Of a stretch of 64,000 bases of DNA, positions 51,898 to 62,444 are shown in pieces. The stretch's first letter is position 1. Each line of letters starts with the position of its first letter. The notes beneath the pieces were generated by a model. It had not been told where the DNA came from, did not search any database, and worked only from the letters and a program-made list of their open reading frames with translations. The translations under genes were made by a program, and so were the position numbers. This DNA is from an uncultured Myxococcales bacterium. GTDB taxonomy: Bacteria > Myxococcota_A > UBA9042. The stretch lies in the NCBI GenBank assembly GCA_903955385.1, contig CAJBNH010000072.1:40063-104062 (forward strand), read 5' to 3'.

Positions 51898-53580
51898 TTA
51901 GGGGTTGCCTTCCGTCGTGGGCGTCGGCTCGGCGATGTCCTCTGCCACCTGATCTGCCTCGGCGGTGACCTCGTCCAGCGGCCGACCCAAGCGCCAGCGC
52001 TGCGCGGGCTCTTCGTCGGTCAGCAGGCGGACGTCAGCGCTGCCGGGCGACAGGCGCGCGTGTTCATTGACCTGGATCTGCACGCCACTGGTGCGCTCGA
52101 GGTCGCGCAGGGCCCCCGACAGCTGGTCGTTCAGGATGGCCGCCACCCGCTGGGGGACCTGGACGCGAAACGCCTTGGTCTGCCCGCGGTCCGCCCGGAT
52201 CGCCGCCTGCAGTCGGCCCAACGCCTCGATCGCAAGGTCACTGGAGGACCGCACGTAGCCGCGGCCTTTGCAGGTGGGGCAGGTCTCCGTCAATCGTTCG
52301 TAGATGCTCTCCCGCACACGCTTGCGGGTAAGTTGGACCGTGCCGAATTCATTGATCTTGCCGACCCGCACCCGCGCACGGTCGCGCGCAAGCTCGGCCT
52401 CGAACGCCGCTTCCAGCGTGCGGCGATCGACCGACTTCTGCATGTCGACGAAGTCCACGATCACGAGGCCGCCGACGTTGCGCAGCCGCAGCTGACGCGC
52501 AACAGCCCGCGCTGCCTCGAGGTTCAGCGCAAGCACAGCCTCCCCCAAGCTCTCGGACCCCACCTGACGCGCTGAATTGACGTCGATGACCGTCATCGCT
52601 TCGGTTCGGCTGACCACCAGCTCGCCGCCGCCGTGCAGTCGGACCCGGGGCTCGACGGCTTCGAGCACGGCGCGGTCGATCCCCCACAGCTCGAACAGAC
52701 CCGTCGTGGCAGTGTGCAGCCGCACTTCGGGGCGGGCCTCCGGGTGAAAGCGGCGCACGAAGGTCTCGACGCGCGCAAGCTCCTCCGGGTCGTCGATCCA
52801 CACAACCGACGTGGTCGGGCTGACCATGTCGCGCAGCGCCCGCAGCACCAGATCCAGGTCGTCGAAGATGAAGCTGGGACCAGAAGCGCAGGCAAAACGG
52901 GTCTGTACGTCCTCCCACTGTCGCACCAGAAAGCCTATGTCGTCGGCCAGCTCAGCCTCGGTCGCTCCTTCCCCGACGGTTCGCACGATCGCGCCGGAAC
53001 CCGCGGGCGTCAGCTTGGCGACGATGCCCAGCAGTCGCTCGCGCTCGACCGGGTCGGCGATCATCTTCGACACGCCGTGGTGGACGTCGCGGGCCAACAG
53101 CACCACGTTGCGGCCGGGCAGCGACACCTGCATCGTCACGCGCGGTCCCTTCTTGGCGACCGGCTCGCGCACCACCTGCACCATGACCTGCTGGCCCGGA
53201 GTCAGCAGCTGGGCGATCGGACGAACGGCCTTGCGGGGCAACGGGTTCTCTGGGTCGAGGCCTTCCGCGTCGTGTACGCCGGGCAGCCACACGTCGGCCG
53301 CGTGGAGCAGCGCCATGCGGTCCAGACCGATGTCGACGAACGCCGCGTCCATGCTGGGCTGGATGCGCGTGACGCGGCCCCGGTAAATGTTGCCCGACAG
53401 TCCTCGGCCGGCGGTGCGCTCGACCTGCAGCTCGACGACCTCGTCACCTTGGCGCAAGGCAACGCGGGTTTCGTGAGGCGACGAGCGGATGAAGAGCTGC
53501 TCGTCCTCGCCGCCACGCTTGCCCGGACGGCCGCCGCCAGAGCGGGGCAGGGCAGGATCGGTCGCGGCAGGGTCAGTCAC
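51898..53580 (-). CDS. Ribonuclease E/G family
   Basis: GNIYRGRV.RI.P.M.AAFVDIG, VQV..EP...KG.R.T..+SL.GR, IDVNS, NL.AA..+ARQLRLRN+GG+++DF+DM, C..C.G.G; RNase G-like length. Confidence 0.93.
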   Translation of the reverse strand: MTDPAATDPALPRSGGGRPGKRGGEDEQLFIRSSPHETRVALRQGDEVVELQVERTAGRGLSGNIYRGRVTRIQPSMDAAFVDIGLDRMALLHAADVWLPGVHDAEGLDPENPLPRKAVRPIAQLLTPGQQVMVQVVREPVAKKGPRVTMQVSLPGRNVVLLARDVHHGVSKMIADPVERERLLGIVAKLTPAGSGAIVRTVGEGATEAELADDIGFLVRQWEDVQTRFACASGPSFIFDDLDLVLRALRDMVSPTTSVVWIDDPEELARVETFVRRFHPEARPEVRLHTATTGLFELWGIDRAVLEAVEPRVRLHGGGELVVSRTEAMTVIDVNSARQVGSESLGEAVLALNLEAARAVARQLRLRNVGGLVIVDFVDMQKSVDRRTLEAAFEAELARDRARVRVGKINEFGTVQLTRKRVRESIYERLTETCPTCKGRGYVRSSSDLAIEALGRLQAAIRADRGQTKAFRVQVPQRVAAILNDQLSGALRDLERTSGVQIQVNEHARLSPGSADVRLLTDEEPAQRWRLGRPLDEVTAEADQVAEDIAEPTPTTEGNP

Positions 53581-53618
53581 GCAGGCCTCGCGGGCTGGAA
53601 GAAAGGGGGCGGCGGCGG

Positions 53619-54788
53619 TCAGCTGCCGCGTGCAACGTCGAACGAGCCGTTCAGGTAGATCAAGGAGTTGTCCAATGCATTGGTCAGTTCAGCGGTGAAC
53701 GAGCCCTTGACGCGGCCGCCCGGGGCACCGAACTCGTCGATCTGGATGGTGTAGTCGCTCGCCTGGTACAGCCACTGCAGGGTCGCTTGGTCGTTGCTGC
53801 CGTCATTCATCAAGACGTTGGCCTCGGGCGCCTCGCCACCGACCATGGTGAAGGTCCCGGTGATGTACTCGTCGACCTTGGCGATCTGCAGCTCCAGCTT
53901 GTTCAGCCCCTCGTCGCCGGTGATCTGCAACATCTGGATGGTGGACAGGTAGTTGGCGCCTGCGAACCCGAACTTGATCTTCTGCCCCGTGGTGTCGGGG
54001 GTCTGCGAGATCGTGACCTCGAAGAGGTCCAGCGGCTCCCAGTCGATGTCCTTCTTGGGCACATCCAGCGTGGTCGGCGTGTCGGTTTGCACGGTGCCGT
54101 CGCCAGCGGTGACATCCTTGCCGGTCGATGCGTCGGGGCTGTCGGGGTCCTTGCCGACCACCAGCGAGTGGCAGACGCCGTCATAGCAGCCCTGCCCCGC
54201 CGCGCACGACTGACCGACCCATGCCGTTCCGGTCGCGTTGCACACCTGCGCCGCAGACGACGTCAGGCACTGGCGAGCGCCCGGAACACACTGTCGGGCC
54301 ACGCATTTCGGACTCGCGGCGTTGCAGACCTGGCCGGTGCCGCACGCCGTCTCCTTGTAGGTCCCGCCCTTGCACTCGAGCAGGGTCTTCCACCCACAGG
54401 ACTTCGCCCCGTCCGTGCAGCTGGCCGGCACGCAGACGCCCGCCTTGCAAACCGTCGAGCCACCACAGGTCTGGGCCGCCGTTGCGTCGGCCGCGCCGTT
54501 GTCCGGGCACGCCATGACGGTATTGCCGCTGCACGAGCGCTTGCCCTTCTCGCAGATGACAGCCTGACACTTGCCCCCTGCGCAGTACTTCGACTCGCCG
54601 CAGGAGGCTACGCCGTAAGCCTTGCCGCCCTCGATGCATGTGGCGGTGGCGTTGCCCACGCAGACGACGGACCCTTCCTGGCAGAACGTGGCGACCGGGC
54701 CGGGCGTTGTGGCGGCGTCCTCGCTGCAGCCGGAAAGGCCAAGGCAAAGGAGGAAGATCGCGGTGCCGAAGGGGAAGCTGCGTGCCAT
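53619..54788 (-). CDS. Cys-rich lipoprotein with C-terminal beta domain
   Basis: Lipobox LSGC; repeated C..G...C.G.....C units; Asp/Thr linker; beta-rich C-terminus. Confidence 0.65.
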   Translation of the reverse strand: MARSFPFGTAIFLLCLGLSGCSEDAATTPGPVATFCQEGSVVCVGNATATCIEGGKAYGVASCGESKYCAGGKCQAVICEKGKRSCSGNTVMACPDNGAADATAAQTCGGSTVCKAGVCVPASCTDGAKSCGWKTLLECKGGTYKETACGTGQVCNAASPKCVARQCVPGARQCLTSSAAQVCNATGTAWVGQSCAAGQGCYDGVCHSLVVGKDPDSPDASTGKDVTAGDGTVQTDTPTTLDVPKKDIDWEPLDLFEVTISQTPDTTGQKIKFGFAGANYLSTIQMLQITGDEGLNKLELQIAKVDEYITGTFTMVGGEAPEANVLMNDGSNDQATLQWLYQASDYTIQIDEFGAPGGRVKGSFTAELTNALDNSLIYLNGSFDVARGS

Positions 54789-54873
54789 GACGGTCCTCGC
54801 GGGCCGGCAGAGTCGGGGCCGGCCACCGCCCTTGTAGCCAACCCCACGTCCGATCGGCAAGCGCCGTCGCAGA

Positions 54874-57645
54874 CTACAGATGATCGTGCATGATTTCGCG
54901 CGGTTTGTTGGGACCGCGGGAGGGGCCCACGATGCCGCGCGCTTCCATGGTGTCGACGATGCGCGCCGAACGACCGTAACCGATGCCCAGCTTGCGCTGC
55001 AGGAAGCTGACGGAAGCCTGATTGGCGTCGATGACGACCTGCACCGCCTCGTCGTACAGCGGATCGAGCTCGCCGTCGTCGATCTGGTCCACCGCCTCGA
55101 CTTCGGGGTCGCGCAGGATGTCCATGTCGTACACGGGCGCGCCCTGCTCCTTCCAGTGCCGAGCGAGCTCGACCACCTCCTCGTCGGTGATCCAGGTACC
55201 GTGGCAGCGCTTCAGGTGGCCCTCGCCGGGGGGAACGAACAGCATGTCGCCCTTGCCCAGCAGCGTCTCAGCACCGGTCGAGCCCAGCACGACCTTGGAG
55301 TCCATCGACGACGCGACCTGAAACGACAGGCGCGTGGGGAAGTTGGCCTTGATCAGGCCGGTGATCACGTCCACCGACGGCCGCTGCGTCGCGAGCACCA
55401 CGTGAATGCCGGCGGCGCGAGCCTTCTGCGCCAGACGGGCCACGGCGTGCTCCACTTCCTTGCCCGACGCCATGATCAGGTCGGCGAACTCGTCGATCAC
55501 GATCACGATGTAGGGCATGTCCTCGGGCACATCCACCACGTCCGGTGAGGTCTGGCCTTCCGCATCCAAACGCTCGGCGGCGGCGCGGCGACGCAGGGCC
55601 TGGGCACGCAGCTCCGGGAGCTTTTGCTTGTAGCCCGCGAGGTTGCGTACTTCCACGGCGGCCAACAGACGGTAGCGGCGGTCCATCTCCGTCACGGCCC
55701 ACTTCAGCGCCAGCTCGGCCTTGTGGGGCTCGTCCAGCACGGGCAGCAACAGGTGGGGGATCCCTTCATAGACGCTCAGCTCCAGCACCTTGGGGTCGAT
55801 GAAGATGAAGCGGACCTCGTCAGGCGTCGCGCGGAACAGCATCGAGCAGATGAACGAGTTGATGCCCACCGACTTGCCCGTGCCGGTAGCGCCGGCGACC
55901 AGCAAGTGCGGCGCGCGGGCGAGGTCGGTGCAAAGCGGCCGCCCTTCGATGTCCTTGCCCAGGATCAGGGTCAGCAGGCTCGCACTGTCGCGAAAGACCG
56001 GGCTGTCCACGATCTCGCGGAAGTACACGAGCTGGCGCTGGGCGTTCGGCACCTCGATGCCCACCACGTCGCGGCCGGGAATCGGCGCCACCACGCGCAC
56101 CCGCAGGGCAGACAGCGACATGGTCAGGTCGTCGCGCAAGTTCACGATCTTGCTGATCTTGATGCCGGCGGCGGGACGGTATTCGTAGGTGGTGACCACG
56201 GGTCCCGGGCGGATGTCGGTGACTTCGCCCGTGATGTTGAAGTCACGCAGCTTCTGCTCGAGCACAAGGGCGTTCTCTCGCAGGGTGATGTGATCGCAGT
56301 TCACGACGCGGCTGGGCGGCTCCCGTAGCAACGTCGACGGCGGCAGCTCCCACGACTTGTGCTTGCCGATGCCCAGTGAACCCTGTGCCTCGACCGGCGC
56401 GGGCAGCGGCGCGTTGCGCGTGGCCTCGGTTTCGACGATGCGCGGCCCCTTGGCCTGCTCCCCCGCCGCCGCCACTTCCGCAATCGCGGCAGGCGCTTCC
56501 ACCCGCTCACCGCCAGAGGCCGCGGTGGGCGCCATCGGCTTGGCCAGCGCCTCTTCCAGCTCGGCGCGGGCCATCTCGACGTCGCGCACGTCCATCTCGG
56601 ACGTCGCAAACGGTTCCGACGGCGGCGGCGGGATCACTTCCACGGCGTGACTGGGGTGGACGCTGGCTTCCTCAGCCGCGGCACCCGCAGGCATCCGGAC
56701 GCGGACGCTGGGTTCTTCGCGGGCACGGCGCAGCGAAGAAGGGATCAGGTCGTTGGGCGGCGCGATCGACTCGCCCATGGGGAACCCGTCGGGAGCGGGC
56801 ATCGACACGCGGACCACCGCGGTCTCAGGCAGGGCGGCTTGGGCAGGCTCGTCCAAGTCCTTCACGGTGAAGTGGAATTCGTTCTCGTCTTGCAGACCGT
56901 CGGACAGACCATCGGCCAATGCAACGTCCTCGTTGCGGCGACGGCGGAACCAGGACCGCTTGCCCAAGCCCCGCAGGTGACCGCGTGCGGCCTGCGCGCT
57001 CTGGGACGCTACCTCACCGACGACGGGCGCTGCCTTTCCGGTGGCCCACAAGAGCGTCGAACGCACCAGCGACCGGCCCGTGATCGCCGCCAGCGACGTG
57101 CCCAACACAAGCACGGCGAGCAGTGTCGTGCCCACTGTCGACACCAGCGCCTTGCACACGACAGCGACTGCGCCCGGCAGCAACCCTGCGGCATCCTTGC
57201 CGAACGGGCGGAACGCGATCGACTGCGCCACCAAGTGCAGCAGCACCAGTGAAGCAAGGCTGGCCCCGGCGATGCCGAACATGGCGCGCGGCCGCGGCAG
57301 CTCGACCTTACCCATCAGGATGCGCACGGCGAACACAAACAGCAGACCGTCGAGCAGGAAGGCGCCCAAGCCCAGCGCCTGCAACAGCAGGTCCGCGATG
57401 CGCGCGCCGACGGGTCCGATCAGGTTCACGACCCCTTCGGAGCCGCGTCCCGACTGCATGATCTCCATGTCGCGGGCGGTGTACGACCCCAAGGCCACGC
57501 CGAAAGCGACCGCGGTGATCGTCAGGACGATCCCCAACATTTCGCCTCGGAGCTCCAGCCGACGCGCCTCAGCCAGGACGGCCGTCGGCGACGCGGTGGT
57601 CTTCTCGGATTCGCGGGATTTGGCTTCGGTCTGGGCGTGGGCCAT
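54874..57645 (-). CDS. ftsK: DNA translocase FtsK/SpoIIIE
   Basis: N-terminal 4TM region, linker, GPVVT.YE, PHLLVAG.TG.GKS, DEFADL, RLAQKARAAGIH, TQRPSVDVITG.IKAN, gamma domain S.S.LQR.L.IGY.R+AR. Confidence 0.96.
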   Translation of the reverse strand: MAHAQTEAKSRESEKTTASPTAVLAEARRLELRGEMLGIVLTITAVAFGVALGSYTARDMEIMQSGRGSEGVVNLIGPVGARIADLLLQALGLGAFLLDGLLFVFAVRILMGKVELPRPRAMFGIAGASLASLVLLHLVAQSIAFRPFGKDAAGLLPGAVAVVCKALVSTVGTTLLAVLVLGTSLAAITGRSLVRSTLLWATGKAAPVVGEVASQSAQAARGHLRGLGKRSWFRRRRNEDVALADGLSDGLQDENEFHFTVKDLDEPAQAALPETAVVRVSMPAPDGFPMGESIAPPNDLIPSSLRRAREEPSVRVRMPAGAAAEEASVHPSHAVEVIPPPPSEPFATSEMDVRDVEMARAELEEALAKPMAPTAASGGERVEAPAAIAEVAAAGEQAKGPRIVETEATRNAPLPAPVEAQGSLGIGKHKSWELPPSTLLREPPSRVVNCDHITLRENALVLEQKLRDFNITGEVTDIRPGPVVTTYEYRPAAGIKISKIVNLRDDLTMSLSALRVRVVAPIPGRDVVGIEVPNAQRQLVYFREIVDSPVFRDSASLLTLILGKDIEGRPLCTDLARAPHLLVAGATGTGKSVGINSFICSMLFRATPDEVRFIFIDPKVLELSVYEGIPHLLLPVLDEPHKAELALKWAVTEMDRRYRLLAAVEVRNLAGYKQKLPELRAQALRRRAAAERLDAEGQTSPDVVDVPEDMPYIVIVIDEFADLIMASGKEVEHAVARLAQKARAAGIHVVLATQRPSVDVITGLIKANFPTRLSFQVASSMDSKVVLGSTGAETLLGKGDMLFVPPGEGHLKRCHGTWITDEEVVELARHWKEQGAPVYDMDILRDPEVEAVDQIDDGELDPLYDEAVQVVIDANQASVSFLQRKLGIGYGRSARIVDTMEARGIVGPSRGPNKPREIMHDHL

Positions 57646-58131
57646 GGCTCACCTGCGGGGACGAACGTCTGGAGCTTTCAGCAAAAAAGGCGGGCGGTCG
57701 CCTTCGCCTGAAGCATCCTGAACCGTACCATGCAGCCCCGGGGGCGCCAGAAAATGGTCGTGTCGCAGCCACGGTGCCATCCAGGCGAAATTCCGCAGCG
57801 GATCCGGCCGCTGAGGCCCTCGCGGGGCCCTTCGCGAAGTGGTTGGATTGACAAGTAATCCGGCGGGTCGTCGGCTCAGGCCGGTCCGCGCCCTCCCTAC
57901 GTAGCCACTGTCCGCAGCGAGGTTGCCTCCGGGGCCGCTCTGTAGGTGGATGAAGCACAAGGCGTTTTTTGCACGCACGGCGACAAGCATCTGGGCGGCC
58001 GACCCGCCGTCGGCGGCGAATTCACCGGCCCGTCGAAGCCGAAGCCGTGCTCGCCCGTTGTGACCGACAGGGGGGCAGTGGATACTGCCGCCGCCAGAGA
58101 CCGCCCCCGACCCCGACCGCAGGAGAACGAC

Positions 58132-58941
58132 ATGCGTGAACGTCTGATTGCCCTCACGCTCGCGAGCTGCCTCGCCCTCGCCGCGCTGCTGCCGTCTGCG
58201 GCCGAAGCCGCCGCCAAGAAGAAGAAGCCAAAGGCAAAGCCGGCCGCCACTGCCCCGGCAAGTCCGACGGAGGCCAAGGCCGCGCAACCCACGGAGGCCA
58301 AGGTGGATCCGGCCGTTCCTGCCGTCGCTTCGCCTGCGGTGCCCGCTGCAGACTCCGTCGACCCGGCGGCGGTTGCCAAGGCGGTGCAAGGCTTCTACGA
58401 ACGGACCTCGGCCTTCCAGGCGCGCTTCGTGCAAGTGGTCAAGAAGAAAGGGCTTGCCAAGGGTCTTCAGCGTGAGGGCGTGGTCTACCTGACCAAGGGC
58501 GATGCCGCCAAGCCCGGCAAGATGCGCTGGGACTACCCGACGGAGGAGATCTTCTACTTCTCTGACGGTGAGATCCTGTGGTCGTACGAGCGCAAGGAGC
58601 GACTGGCCGTCCGTGTGCCCGTCAAGAACAGTCAGGTGGCCCAGGCGACCACGTGGCTGACGGGACAAGGCAACCTGGCGGCGAACTTCACCCTGACGCT
58701 GGTGCCGTCTTCCGTGGCGGACACGTGGGCCCTCAAGCTCGTTCCCAAGCAGGGCACGCAGACCATGCGGTCGTTGACGCTGGTGGTCGACAAGAAGACC
58801 GCGGCGGTGCGGGCCACGGTGCTTGAGGACCCGCTGGGCGACTCGACCACGCTGCAGTGGCTGGACCCGAAGTACGACGCCATCGATGACAAGGTCTTCG
58901 CCTGGTCGCCGCCCCCCGGCGTGACCATCAAGAACCTCTAG
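58132..58941 (+). CDS. lolA: Outer-membrane lipoprotein carrier LolA-like with Lys/Pro/Ala-rich N-terminal extension
   Basis: AGGAG RBS and signal peptide; A.F.Q, KPGKMRWDY, SDG..LW.Y, D..G..T.+, F.+.PP.G; sits next to ftsK as in many proteobacteria. Confidence 0.8.
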   Translation: MRERLIALTLASCLALAALLPSAAEAAAKKKKPKAKPAATAPASPTEAKAAQPTEAKVDPAVPAVASPAVPAADSVDPAAVAKAVQGFYERTSAFQARFVQVVKKKGLAKGLQREGVVYLTKGDAAKPGKMRWDYPTEEIFYFSDGEILWSYERKERLAVRVPVKNSQVAQATTWLTGQGNLAANFTLTLVPSSVADTWALKLVPKQGTQTMRSLTLVVDKKTAAVRATVLEDPLGDSTTLQWLDPKYDAIDDKVFAWSPPPGVTIKNL

Positions 58942-59028
58942 TCGCAACGGGCGATTGACGCAGCGCGGGCTTTCGCGGCAGGCTGCTCCCCTTGCCGCGG
59001 CTGTTCCTGCTGCGCGCCACGAGGGGCC

Positions 59029-60570
59029 ATGCACAGCCCAGCACGCCCACTTGTCGCCGGAAGCCTTGCCGTCCTCTGCACTTGCGTCGTCGCGTGGTCG
59101 CCGGCGGCTTTCGCGCACGAGCTCGACGCGCCCTCGATCGATGTCCAGACCTGGCAGCCGGTGGCGGGCGTGCATGACGGCGCCATCACGCGTTCGGCCC
59201 GGCCGATGGACGACGCGGCGTGGGCGATGCTTCTGGCGATCCACTACACGCGGATGCCGCTTGTCTTCGTCAACGATGCGGGCACGGTCAGCCGCACGCA
59301 GATGGTCGTCGGCGACCTGTGGATGGCCGAGTTGGGCGCCGCCGTTGGCTGGCACGGGTGGACGTTCGCTGCGGGACTGCCAGCATCGCTGGATGCGCGA
59401 GGTGGCGGTCCCAACCTCGTTCAGGTGGACTCGCCTACGTCGCCCGCGTTCGGTGATCTGCGGGTCGAGGCTCGCAAAGCCCTGCACCACATCGCGATCT
59501 CCGGTGGAGCGGTCGATCTCGGCGCTGCCGCCGTCGTGGGATTGCCGACCGCCGCCGCAGCAAGCTGGCTTGGCGGGACGCCCAGCTTGGCCCTTGAAGG
59601 CTTGGCGACCTTGCAGACGGGGGCGTGGCAGGCGGACCTGAATGCGGGTTTGCGACTGCGGTCAGAGCAGGCCCTGTCCGTGCATCAGCTCGACCTCGAG
59701 GGTCAGCCGCTGCACACCGAACCCGTCACCGTGGCCCTGCGCTCGGGTTCGTCGTTTGTCGCGCGGGTCGGCGTTTTGCGGCGCTTTCTCGATGACCGGG
59801 TTCGCGCCCGGGCCGAGGCGCAGCTGGGCCTGCAGGCGCCGTGGGTCGCTGCGGTGCCCGACAGTCTGCTGCAGCTCGATGGTGCGCTGAGCGTGGACTA
59901 CGCCATCCTGCCGTATCTCCGCGGGTTCTTTGGCCTCTCTGGCGCACCCACCACCGGCCCGGGCTCGGCCTCGCTGCGCGCGGCGGTCGGCCTGACCTTC
60001 GACGCGCAAGAGGTGCCCTCCGACGATGACGGCGACGGTCTGGTCGACAAGCTGGACCGATGCCCCAACCAGGCAGAGGACCGCGACGGCTTTGAAGATC
60101 AGGACGGCTGCCCCGACGCCGATCACGATCAAGACGGTCTGGCCGATCGGACGGACCGCTGTCCGATGCAGCCCGAGGACATGGACGGCTTCCAGGACGA
60201 GGACGGCTGCCCCGACCCCGACGACGATGGCGATGGCGTGCTGGATGCGGCAGACGCCTGTCCCCACGAGGCAGAGGACAAGGACGGCTTCCAGGACGCC
60301 GATGGCTGTGTCGATGCCGACAACGATGAAGACTCCGTGCCGGACGTCGACGATCTGTGCCCGCAGCAACCGGAAAATCGCAACGGGTTCGAGGATTCGG
60401 ACGGCTGCCCGGATACGCCTCCGCGTCCGCCTCCGCCGCCTGCACCCGTGATCGAGACCCCTGCCGTCGCACCGGCGCCCGCTCCGCCACCGGTGGACGA
60501 GAAGGCCGCGAAAGGCAAGGAGAAAGCCGTCAAGGCCAAGGCGAAGCCGACGAAGAAGGGCGGCAAGTAG
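59029..60570 (+). CDS. Outer-membrane beta-barrel with thrombospondin type 3 repeats (TraB/OmpA-like architecture) lacking the OmpA C-terminal domain
   Basis: Signal peptide AFA, barrel with GDLR.E.R, four D.DGDG..D..D.CP / ED.DGF.D.DGCP double units, then a Pro-rich and Lys-rich tail. Confidence 0.72.
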   Translation: MHSPARPLVAGSLAVLCTCVVAWSPAAFAHELDAPSIDVQTWQPVAGVHDGAITRSARPMDDAAWAMLLAIHYTRMPLVFVNDAGTVSRTQMVVGDLWMAELGAAVGWHGWTFAAGLPASLDARGGGPNLVQVDSPTSPAFGDLRVEARKALHHIAISGGAVDLGAAAVVGLPTAAAASWLGGTPSLALEGLATLQTGAWQADLNAGLRLRSEQALSVHQLDLEGQPLHTEPVTVALRSGSSFVARVGVLRRFLDDRVRARAEAQLGLQAPWVAAVPDSLLQLDGALSVDYAILPYLRGFFGLSGAPTTGPGSASLRAAVGLTFDAQEVPSDDDGDGLVDKLDRCPNQAEDRDGFEDQDGCPDADHDQDGLADRTDRCPMQPEDMDGFQDEDGCPDPDDDGDGVLDAADACPHEAEDKDGFQDADGCVDADNDEDSVPDVDDLCPQQPENRNGFEDSDGCPDTPPRPPPPPAPVIETPAVAPAPAPPPVDEKAAKGKEKAVKAKAKPTKKGGK

Positions 60571-60588
60571 CCCAGAGCGCAACTGGCC

Positions 60589-62145
60589 CTACAGCGGGAT
60601 GTTTCCGTGCTTTTTCGGCGGGTTGCTGTCGCGCTTGCCGGCCAGCATCCGCAGCGACGAGATCAGGCGTGGGCGGGTGTCCTCCGGGTGGATCACCTCG
60701 TCGATGTAGCCCAGCTCCGCGGCCTTGAACGGGTTGGCGAACACGTCGCGGTAGCGCTCGACGTACTCGGCCTTGGCCTTGGCGGGGTCCGGTGCGGCCT
60801 TCAATTCGTTGCGATACACGATGTTGACGGCGCCGTCGGGACCCATCACCGCGATCTCTGCTGTGGGCCACGCGAAGTTGATGTCGCCGCGGATGTGCTT
60901 GGACGACATGACGTCGTAGGCACCGCCATAGGCCTTGCGCGTGATGACCGTCAGCTTGGGTACGGTCGCTTCCGCGTACGCATACAGCAGCTTGGCGCCA
61001 TGGCGGATGATGCCGCCGTACTCTTGTGCCGTGCCTGGCAGGAAGCCCGGAACGTCGACGAACGTCAGCAGCGGGACGTTGAAGGCATCGCAGAACCGCA
61101 CGAAACGCGCCGCCTTCACCGATGCATCGATGTCCAGACACCCCGCGAGCACCGACGGTTGGTTGGCGACGACGCCGACCGTGTCTCCGCCCAACCTTGC
61201 AAAACCGCACAGAATATTGCGCGCGAAGTGCTTGTGGACCTCGAAGAACCAGCCATCGTCCACCACGGCACCGATGACCTCGTGCATGTCGTACGGCTTC
61301 ATCGGGTCGTCGGGCACCAGCTCGGTCAGCCGCGGGTCGCGTCGGTCGGTCGGGTCCTGGGTCGCCCGTTTGGGGGGCGCATCCATGTTGTTCGACGGCA
61401 AAAAGCTCAGCAGTTCCCGAACGGTGGCGATCGCCTGCTTCTCATCGTCGGTGGCGAAGTGCGCGACGCCTGAGGTCGTGGCGTGCCGCATGGCGCCGCC
61501 CAGTTCCTCCTGCGTCACGTTCTCATGTGTCACGGTCTTGATGACGTCCGGTCCCGTGATGAACATGAAAGACGTCTCGCGCGCCATGATCACGAAGTCG
61601 GTGATCGCGGGGCTATAGACCGCGCCACCCGCGCAGGGTCCCAGCACGACCGAGATCTGCGGCACCACGCCTGACGCCTGCACGTTGCGCAGGAAGATGT
61701 CGGCATAGCCCGCCAGCGACACCACACCCTCCTGGATGCGCGCGCCGCCCGAGTCGTTGAGTCCGATCACAGGGGCGCCGGTCTTGATCGCCATGTCCAT
61801 GATCTTGCAAATCTTCTCAGCGAAGGCGCCGCTCAGCGAGCCGCCGAACACCGTGAAGTCTTGCGCGAACACGAAGATCGTCTTGCCGTCGACCTGTCCG
61901 TAGCCCGTGACGACGCCGTCGCCCGGGATCTTCTTGTCGGCCATGTCGAAGTCGGTGCAGCGGTGCGTCACCAGCCGGTCGAGCTCGACGAAGCTGCCCG
62001 CGTCGAGCAGCAGGTCGATGCGCTCGCGCGCGGTCAGCTTGCCGGCCGCGTGCTGCTTCTGCGTGCGCTCTTCGCCGCCGGCGGCCACAGCTTGACGGTC
62101 CAGTCGCTCCAGCCGGTCGAGGATCTTCTTTCTCCGCAGGGTCAT
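60589..62145 (-). CDS. pccB: Acyl-CoA (propionyl/methylmalonyl-CoA-type) carboxylase, carboxyltransferase beta subunit
   Basis: [76 protein letters not shown]. Confidence 0.9.
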   Translation of the reverse strand: MTLRRKKILDRLERLDRQAVAAGGEERTQKQHAAGKLTARERIDLLLDAGSFVELDRLVTHRCTDFDMADKKIPGDGVVTGYGQVDGKTIFVFAQDFTVFGGSLSGAFAEKICKIMDMAIKTGAPVIGLNDSGGARIQEGVVSLAGYADIFLRNVQASGVVPQISVVLGPCAGGAVYSPAITDFVIMARETSFMFITGPDVIKTVTHENVTQEELGGAMRHATTSGVAHFATDDEKQAIATVRELLSFLPSNNMDAPPKRATQDPTDRRDPRLTELVPDDPMKPYDMHEVIGAVVDDGWFFEVHKHFARNILCGFARLGGDTVGVVANQPSVLAGCLDIDASVKAARFVRFCDAFNVPLLTFVDVPGFLPGTAQEYGGIIRHGAKLLYAYAEATVPKLTVITRKAYGGAYDVMSSKHIRGDINFAWPTAEIAVMGPDGAVNIVYRNELKAAPDPAKAKAEYVERYRDVFANPFKAAELGYIDEVIHPEDTRPRLISSLRMLAGKRDSNPPKKHGNIPL

Positions 62146-62281
62146 CGGGGCACTCTCCACAGACACGCGACTCCCGAAAGGGTCATCGGGGCGGGGCAGG
62201 GCCGGCGGGGGGACCGGTTCGGGGGGGCAGGGCGCGGTGATACCAGCGAACCCGTTGCGCGGCAAGGACTCGCCATCTCTG

Positions 62282-62332
62282 TAACGCGATGCGTCAATTC
62301 CTTCTTGACAACTTGACGCAACGCGTTAGATT
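62282..62332. promoter_or_regulatory. Inverted-repeat operator enclosing a promoter between divergent pccB and phasin-like gene
   Basis: TAACGCGATGCGTCAA-N15-TTGACGCAACGCGTTA (15/16 match), with TTGACA (62305) -N16- TAGATT (62327). Confidence 0.55.
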
Positions 62333-62444
62333 GGGTGCGTCACGAACGAACACGAACCCAATCAGTGCCGCGGCAGGGACCAGATCGACGCACGCAGAGC
62401 CCTTCGCCAGCCGATGCCCGCCGCCCACATGGAGGAATTCCCAG

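Noticed and set aside
57646-58131. Known ncRNA (6S, SRP, riboswitch) in the ftsK-lolA intergenic region
   Set aside because: Several short GC hairpins and a GGATT-N7-AATCC palindrome around TTGACA are present, but no recognisable consensus. An Rfam scan would be needed.
59029-60570. traAB kin-recognition locus
   Set aside because: No adjacent TraA-like gene (PA14-like domain with MYXO-CTERM) and no OmpA_C domain; only the architecture is similar.
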